From an uncultured Acidobacteriota bacterium (lineage in GTDB: Bacteria; Acidobacteriota; Vicinamibacteria; Fen-336): 64,000 nucleotides of DNA. How positions within the stretch are numbered: position 1 is the first letter of the stretch; every line of letters starts with the position of its first letter. Positions 58,204-64,000 of this stretch are shown here, piece after piece. The notes under the pieces were generated by a model. It saw nothing but the letters and a program-made list of their open reading frames with translations. It was not told where the DNA came from and ran no database searches. The translations under genes were made by a program, and so were the position numbers. Where the stretch lies: positions 446,614-510,613 of the forward strand of contig CAVOYO010000012.1 in the NCBI GenBank assembly GCA_963700695.1. Reading direction: 5' to 3'.

Positions 58204-59802
58204 CTAGGACCACACATGCGGGTTGACCTCGTAGTCCGGGGCGGCCTTCCGCCCAGGGCCCTCCGCTGCTTCCGGGGCATCACCCTGATGTAGTTGTGAT
58301 CCATGAGTACCTTCAGCGACTTCTTCATGGGTTCGACCTGTGGGAATCTCCCTCTCGTCGCCTGCCAGACCTCCTGGCTCGAGAAGCTGGGCTCCCCTTG
58401 GGCCTTGATCCAGATCAGGAGGTGACGAGCGCCCGCCACCACAGGGTCCGTTCCCATCAGGGCGAAGGCAGCCTTCGCATGGGCGAGGAAGTACTCGCCG
58501 ATTCTGATGGCGTCCTCCATCGTCTCGAGCGAAATGCGGACTCGCCACGGGGTTTTCCGTAATGCGTTAGCGGACATGTGGAGGAGGCCTGCAGTTCGGA
58601 CAACACGTCCGACGAGCTTCGCTGCCCAGTCGTAGATGGGCCATAGGGAGGCACCCGGCGCGAGCTTGGGCTCAAGCCACTCTGCGAACTCCATCAGACG
58701 TTCGTATGCACTTGAACGAAGCCTGAGTACGTGTGGGGTCTGGGTTTGCTGCCTTCATCGGCATCGGGTGAGAGGCTCAGCAGCACTCGCATCTGTTCTT
58801 CGTATTGCTGCCGCACTGTAGGGGGAACCGGCGACGGGTCGGGTCTTCCGACGCCCGAGATTGGACGCAGGAAGCGAGTAGGCGAAACGTGACAGAAGCC
58901 CTCGTCCGCGGAAGCCTGGCTCGTCCGCCAGTCCCTCAACCACCGCCGGCTGGGGCGAGATTCCCATGTGGCGGATCGCCGGCTCTGGTACGTAATCCGT
59001 TCCCCGTCCGATCCGACCGACGCGGATCGTGTCTCCCGAGTAGCCCTTGAGGTACACCTCGAAGTTCGACCTTCCGTCCGCGCTGTATCGCCCGCGCATG
59101 AGATCGAAGACTCCGCCTTCCGCCGAGATCAAGGCTATCCGGCCCCCTTGCTGGGGCAAGCGCCTGCGCCACGTACTCAGGGGTGGCATCGTCGGCGAGC
59201 AACTCTGGTGGTGCAGGGACGTCCATCGCGGCAACGCGCTCGGCGAGGTCATCTGCCTTCCTTAGGAACTGCTCTTTGCTCTTGGCCTTGGCGGCGGCTG
59301 TCTTGCGACGTAGGTCTTCAAGCTCTCTCTCCGCGATTCTTCGTCTCTCCACCCTCCTGGCAATCTCCGGCCCCATGCGGACCTTCTCCTCCTGCTCAAA
59401 CCTCTCAAGGGGTGCCTTAGCGTCGCGGACGACCTGGGTCTTTCGGCTTCCCGACTCGAGTGCGGTGAGAAGGTACTCATTGAGCGGCTCTTTCCAGTCC
59501 TGTCTGACGCGAACGACAACCCTGTTCGCGCAGCAGGTGGCGACGGCGGCGAGTGCCATCGTGGCTGGTAGGTCTACAGGAGTCTGCGTCGCCTCGACCT
59601 CCGTCTCTACGAACTCCCGCAGAGTGTCGGGAAGTGCGTCGCTCGGGAAGACGGGGACGTCGGGGTGCGACAGGGGGAGCGGAGGGTCCCAGTCCCTAAC
59701 CTGCTGCCTAGAATCCCTAGAATCCCTGGAATCTCCAGAACGCGGCCTCTTCAATCGACCCTTGCTGGTGCCCCTTCGGTGTCGCCGGTGACGTGGTGGC
59801 AT
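58204..59802 (-). CDS. DUF3987 (YfjI-like) protein of integrative elements (at least 4 apparent frameshifts)
   Basis: Five ORF pieces (58936..59802, 58755..59252, 58694..58939, 58074..58694, 58204..58548) read consecutively. FPSDALPDTLREFV...TQTPVDLPATMALAAVA..., ESGSRKT, IALISAEGGVFDLM, and the end GRKAAPDYEVNP. Confidence 0.65.
59709..59735. repeat. 9-bp tandem repeat inside the DUF3987 5' region
   Basis: tagaatccc / tagaatccc / tggaatctc encodes SRDSRDSR on the minus strand. Confidence 0.7.
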
Positions 59803-59832
59803 CCTACCCCCAGTCCGCCGGGTTGGTGTCGG

Positions 59833-60040
59833 TCACTTCCCGCCCTCGCCGAATCCCTCGAGGCTGGCAAGCAGTTCCGGCTTGACACCGAGAGCGGCAG
59901 CGAGACGCTCGATCTGGGAGGGATACGGGCGTAGTCGCTCGGCCTCGATCAGACCGACGGTCGTCGGGTGCATTCCCGCCCGTCGGGCCAACTCGGCTCG
60001 GCTCCAGCCCCGCTTCTCACGCGAGCTCCTTGAGATCCAT
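59833..60040 (-). CDS. XRE-family HTH regulator (1 apparent frameshift)
   Basis: AAGGAGG, 7 nt, then ATG at 60040 (MDLKEL). A 1-nt shift near 60020 leads into EKRGWSRAELARRAGMHPTTVGLIEAERLRPYPSQIERLAAALGV.... The 208-nt length is not a multiple of 3. Confidence 0.65.
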
Positions 60041-60073
60041 ATCGCGTCCTCCTTCGTGACAACTGTGCCCAGC

Positions 60074-60120
60074 TTGACATAGATGACGTCCCCAACGTAA
60101 GATCGGATAGTGTTGGGGAC
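60074..60120 (+). promoter_or_regulatory. Promoter plus inverted-repeat operator of the cargo operon
   Basis: TTGACA (60074-79), an 18-nt spacer, then TAAGAT (60098-103). A perfect 9-bp inverted repeat, GTCCCCAAC (60088-96) and GTTGGGGAC (60112-20), brackets the -10 element and ends at the ATG at 60121. Confidence 0.55.
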
Positions 60121-61216
60121 ATGAAACGAGCACGATACCTGATTTCAAGCCGATCGGCGTGGGGTCGGTTCAGCCGCTACGAGATCCGTGCCGGGTCATT
60201 CGCCCTGCTCCGAGAGCTAGGTTCGAGGAGTACGACCCCTGGTCTGCATTCTTGGACGAGTCGCCTCCGCGACGGCGGGGAGGACGCGAAAGGGGGAGAG
60301 AAAGCCCCCCGCCCCTATGAACTGCTCTTCAGAGCGGCGGATGAGCTAGTCCGGGGGCGGCGATCGAGCGGAGAAGAGCTGGTCTGCGAGTGGTGTAGCG
60401 AGTACGGCCTGCTGGGAGTTCTCCTGCACCAGTTCATACGGGTTGACCTCGCGTGGAGGTGGGATCGCCTCTCCCCGAGAAGCCCCAGGGTGCTCGTTCC
60501 GGTTCAGGTGTCGTACCGACGGATCGGTGGGAACTGGAAGCGAGGGGAGATCTACGCCGACGACCACCAACGCAGGCCCTCCGAGACGATCCGGCGAGGT
60601 CACCTCGTGAAGGTTCCCAAGGGTGACAAGTGGTCGAAGGGCGGGCACGTCTCCTACGCATTCCACCCAGGCCCCGACAGACGCCGTCTCGATGAGCGTT
60701 GGAGACGCTTCTTCCCGGAGGTGCGGAAGCCGAGGCGGCTACGTTCGCCTACCCCGAGCCCTCCACGACGGAGTTCTGGGATGCATACGCCGAACCTGTC
60801 GAGGACTTCCTTGGAGTAGTCAGGGGACTTCGCCTCATCCACCACTACCTGGTTGCAGAAATGAAGTCCCCGGGGAGCCATGCCGTGGTCTTCGGTTTGC
60901 CCAGCGACGCCTCGACGCACTTCTGAGTGCCACCTCGCCTGTACTTGAGTTCGGCGATGACGGCAAGCCGGAACAGAGGTGGGCATCGCCTCCCTTGATC
61001 GCAACTCTTGCTCTGATGATCCTCACCGACCTAAGGGCGAGGACGCTGTTCCTCCAGTGCCCCTGTGGAAAGCTCTTCATGACCGACGCTTGGCAAGGAA
61101 CCTACTGCTCGCGGACGTGCCGTGAGAGATACACGAAGCGGGTGAAGAGGGAGAACGAACGGGAGAAGCGGGAAGCTGCCGACGCCGAGAAGCAAAGAGC
61201 TGGGGCGAAAAGGTAG
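60121..61216 (+). CDS. Unknown ~365-aa protein with C-terminal CxC...CxxxC zinc ribbon and basic tail (2 apparent frameshifts)
   Basis: ORFs 60121..60819, 60699..60926 and 60623..61216 join near ~60725 and ~60870. WCSEYGLLGVLL motif. The C-terminus reads LFLQCPCGKLFMTDAWQGTYCSRTCRERYTKRVKRENEREKRE. Confidence 0.55.
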
Positions 61217-61444
61217 ATCTTGAGCGTCTCCCGCATGTGGCGTTAGACTACGCCTTAGACATCTGGAGCGGTTCGCGAGAGCGGACCCGCCAACCGAGGG
61301 CCGGACAACCCTACGGTGGCTCCCCGGGACTGCCGGCACCCAGCCTGCAGCCGGGGGATGTGGTCTCGACGTTGTGGGACAAACACAGATTGTCCGACGC
61401 GGAGGCCCCGCGTTCCAGGTGTCTTCCTCGAAGGAGGAGACACC

Positions 61445-61850
61445 ATGCCACTTATCCACTTGCACTCAGGACCCCAGGATCCGACCTTCGGGCTCTCGCT
61501 TGACAACATCGCCGAGCGTCTGACCCGCAGAAACTGGAGCAGCAAGGCGACGTCAGGTTGAGCGAGGACGGCCCGTTGTATGTTTGGGTCACCAGGGCCG
61601 AGAAGGGCTTCGCCCGCGGCACCAGGACTCGCTTCTACAGGGTCTGTGTTGATGGGGTCGAGAAACGGCTGAAGGACCTCGAGCGCCGGACTTCGACTAC
61701 GTGAAGGATGCCGTCGCTTTCGCCAACGGTGATGACGACGGTGAGCTCGCAAGCAGACCCGACCCGGGGGCGAGAGGACTGGCCGGCACGAGGTCACAAA
61801 GGAGCCGCCGTGGACGATCGTGTTCCCGTGCGGAGATGTTCCGGAGCTAG
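61445..61850 (+). CDS. Small unknown protein (at least 2 apparent frameshifts; 3' end uncertain)
   Basis: AAGGAGGAG, 6 nt, then ATG at 61445 (MPLIHLHSGPQDPTFGLSLDNIAERL). It continues in frame 1 (GDVRLSEDGPLYVWVTRAEKGFARGTRTRFYRVCVDGVEKRLKDLE) and then frame 3 (PDFDYVKDAVAFANGDDDGEL). Confidence 0.35.
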
Positions 61851-62038
61851 CGAGCGTCGGGCCTTACCGGTTGTCATGCCGCTGGGGCAGAGGCGGTGGT
61901 GGAGAGGGCGGCTGGACCCGCCCAGATCGTCTTCGGACCCCACGGCCCGCCCCATCGAAGTCTCCATGAGAGCCCCCCTTGTGAGAAACCTGGAACCGAC
62001 CTACGGGGGTGGAACAGAATAGGCGGCCAGGAGGCAGG

Positions 62039-62857
62039 GTGGCGACCCCGTCCCAGGCCCGAATCGAGCGGATAACCAGCGCTTTGCTCGCCTATGGAGA
62101 GCGGGTTGAGAGCTCGAAGTTTATTCCGCGCCCTGAATGAGGAAGCCTCGCGCTTTGTCTACGAGGATCCCTTTGCGTTTGCCCTGGGGGCTTCACTCGA
62201 CCGAGGGATCCGCGCCGAGGTTGCCTGGACCTTTCCATTCTGGATCAGGGAGAAGCTGGGTCACCTCGATCCGCAGCGCATCGCGAGCATGAGCCTCAAG
62301 GAGATCAGCAAGGTCCTCGAACTCTGCCAAAGCGGCCACGCTACCGACGCGATGCTCCCGGCACCGTCCAGGGCATTGCACGACTCGTCGTTGACGAAGC
62401 TGGTGGTGATGCGGCCAGTCTCTGGCGCGGCAAAAAGGCACGAGACGTGAAGCAGGCCTTCATGAAGGTCCGAGGAGTCGGGCCGGGCATTGCCTCGATG
62501 GTTGTGCTGCTGCTGGAGAAGGTGTTCGGAATCGGCTTCGGAGACCACGACCACACCACGATGGACGTGAAGGCTGATGTTCATGTTGTGCGGGTTCTTT
62601 CGCGCCTGGGCCTCCTCCGAGAGTCTTTGGCGGCACCCGACGCAGAACTCGACGCACACTGCAAAGAGGGTCGCGCTAGTGGATCCGAAGCGCTCGCCAT
62701 TCGGGTCACCCGACGGATGCACCCCCCGTTCCCCGCTCTCCTCGATACACCGCTGTGGATGATTGGCCGGTCCTGGTGCCGTGCTGATTCCCCGTCATGC
62801 AGCGAGTGCCCAGTCGGAGACGTATGCCCGCGGGAGGTCACCGGAGCCCGAGTCTGA
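62039..62857 (+). CDS. HhH-GPD superfamily DNA glycosylase-like protein with endonuclease III-type [4Fe-4S] cluster loop (2 apparent frameshifts)
   Basis: GTG at 62039 follows GGAGG. The pieces are frame 2, then frame 3 (62094 ORF), then frame 2 (62447 ORF). ...FALGASLDRGIRAEVAWTFPF..., LPKRPRY..., VRGVGPGIASMVVLLL, VDVHVVRVLSRLGL, and C-x6-C-x2-C-x5-C (CRADSPSCSECPVGDVC). Confidence 0.65.
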
Positions 62858-63497
62858 TGACGGAGTTGATCCTCATCCCTTGCAGTGGACGCAAGAAGCC
62901 GGCGGCAATCCGCGATGACTCCGGCTCCGTACTGACCGGGTCCCTCGATGGGGAGGTGTGGCAGCGCCTCTGTCAGGCCCGTGTGGAGCTCGCTGAGATC
63001 AGGGGTTGGAGCCGTCAAGCGATCTCGATGGAACCGGCGGCCAGTCGAGTGTGGACCTCCTGCCTGCCTTCAAGCGCTACGACGGGAACCTCTACAGGAA
63101 GGCGCAACTGAGTGAAACGCAGTTGACCGGGCACAGGAGGCTGCTCATCGTCAGTGCCTTGTATGGACTCCTGGATGCACGGGATCCGATTCGCGACTAC
63201 AACCTCCAGATGTCCGACAAGCTCCCGGGCAGGATCACCGTGAAGCGCTGGTGGCGTGAGCACAATCTTCGCGACGTCGTCGTCAATGCGGTTGAGCGGC
63301 TTGGCGCGGCGCAGGTGCATGACGTGCTGTCGGGCAACTACCGCGACGCCCTTCGCGGCCTGCCGCAGCATCTCCCGGCTGGTCGCCGGTGCCGGCCCTA
63401 TGACTTCCCTGGTCTCGGGACGGGGTCGGACTATCACAGGGGTGATGTTGTACGCGGGCTGCTGAATGGGTTTTTGATCCCGTGGAGAGACCAGTGA
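62857..63497 (+). CDS. DUF6884 / YaaA(DUF328)-like protein (1 apparent frameshift)
   Basis: The ATG overlaps the upstream TGA (TGATG). LIPCSGRKK, LLPAFKRYDGNLYRKA and RLLIVSALYGLLDARDPIRDYNLQM are present. The frame switches near 63000. The family call is from memory only. Confidence 0.5.
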
Positions 63498-63776
63498 ATA
63501 CGTCGAAGCCTTCAATCGATGTTGTGTGGAGCGGCTGAAAGAGGTTTCAGGGGGAGGAATTCAGAACCAAGAGGGGACTCCCTTTCACCTACGAGATCTC
63601 TGGGAACGTCTTCCATCCCAGCCGCACGGAATTCAACATCTCAAAGGGCGAGTTCCAGAAAGCCCTTGCTCTCGTGCCTTTCGATGGGCCGGGGGTGATT
63701 AACCGTACCGTTCGAGGACCGACCTGACGTCTGGGCGGTGCTGCACGACCCGCGTATTCGGATGCAGGACTGGTGA
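63494..63776 (+). CDS. Small unknown protein (in-frame TGA at 63536 or alternative GTG start at 63526; 1 frameshift near 63720)
   Basis: ...KRFQGEEFRTKRGLPFTYEISGNVFHPSRTEFNISKGEFQKALALVPFDGPGVINRTVRG, then DVWAVLHDPRIRMQDW*. Both ends overlap neighbouring genes by GTGA. Confidence 0.4.
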
Positions 63777-64000
63777 GTCCATTCGTGGCTTTGGAGCCCG
63801 GCACCGGCCTTGGCCCCTATCGAATCATCGAGCCTCTCGGGGGCGGGAGCGGAACCACTCTCCGTCCTGACGGCAGGAGCCACGGTGCCAGGGGCGAGCC
63901 CACGGTCTACAAGGCCGAGGACACGAGGCTGGGCCGCGACGTGGCCGTCAAGACTCTCCCCAGCGAGTGCCTCGACCATGAGGATTGCCGGCTCCGATTC
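63773..64000 (+). CDS. Ser/Thr protein kinase, N-terminal part (runs off window)
   Basis: GTG at 63773. LGPYRIIEPLGGG...VYKAEDTRLGRDVAVKTLP gives the Gly-loop and the VAxK lysine. About 14-16 extra residues sit inside the Gly-rich loop. Confidence 0.55.
   Translation, partial: MSPFVALEPGTGLGPYRIIEPLGGGSGTTLRPDGRSHGARGEPTVYKAEDTRLGRDVAVKTLPSECLDHEDCRLRF

Larger units (their letters stand above)
56424..64000. mobile_element. tRNA-Sec-associated integrative island (right end not in window)
   Basis: The integrase stop lies 33 nt from the tRNA 3' end. An int-xis-DUF3987-XRE backbone is present. Sampled 60-nt lines give ~53-63% GC here against ~70-80% in the core. Confidence 0.75.

Noticed and set aside
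57526-64000. attR, meaning a second copy of the tRNA-Sec 3' segment that would close the island inside the window.
   Set aside because: Reading through 57.5-64 kb by eye, I found no match to TTCGATTCCCACCCGCTTCCGCCA or a substantial part of it. The island probably extends beyond 64000. This was an eye scan, not an exhaustive search.

Overview
This is a 64-kb chromosomal segment of about 70-75% GC from a Gram-negative-type bacterium. It encodes a TolC-family channel, a SurA-like lipoprotein and many lipoproteins. The gene content (TPR-kinases, DnaJ/DUF4388, a lysine-rich H1-like protein) recalls Myxococcota or Acidobacteriota, but the taxon cannot be fixed from sequence alone.

Core region (1-56.3 kb):
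- Nucleoside and nucleobase transport and salvage: a NupG-like permease, a CodB-like permease and hpt, plus a seven-gene minus-strand run (a Zn-ribbon gene, deoA, nupC, PNP, cdd and murQ) that sits divergent from a WYL regulator.
- Sugar and sulfur metabolism: an SSS symporter, a GH20 hexosaminidase, and cysE-cysK.
- Signalling: a 1143-aa hybrid histidine kinase, a cNMP-GGDEF protein and a 904-aa Ser/Thr kinase.
- A translationally coupled three-gene operon built around a MinD-like ATPase.
- An initiator tRNA-fMet and a tRNA-Sec.

The last ~7.6 kb (56.4-64 kb) is a lower-GC island, about 53-63% GC by eye. It abuts the 3' end of tRNA-Sec and carries a tyrosine integrase, an excisionase-like HTH protein, a DUF3987 protein and an XRE repressor with a divergent operator and promoter. 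Behind that switch lies a cargo operon of uncharacterised genes. It ends in an overlapping-codon chain: an HhH-GPD/[4Fe-4S] glycosylase-like gene, a DUF6884/YaaA-like gene, a small unknown gene, and the start of a Ser/Thr kinase. This chain is my best candidate for an undescribed DNA-directed system.

Caveats:
- Apparent 1-nt frameshifts interrupt about 13 sites in core genes, including cysK and lysA. They are roughly nine times denser in the island, so assembly error and real decay cannot be told apart here.
- All family assignments come from motif recognition. No database search was run.
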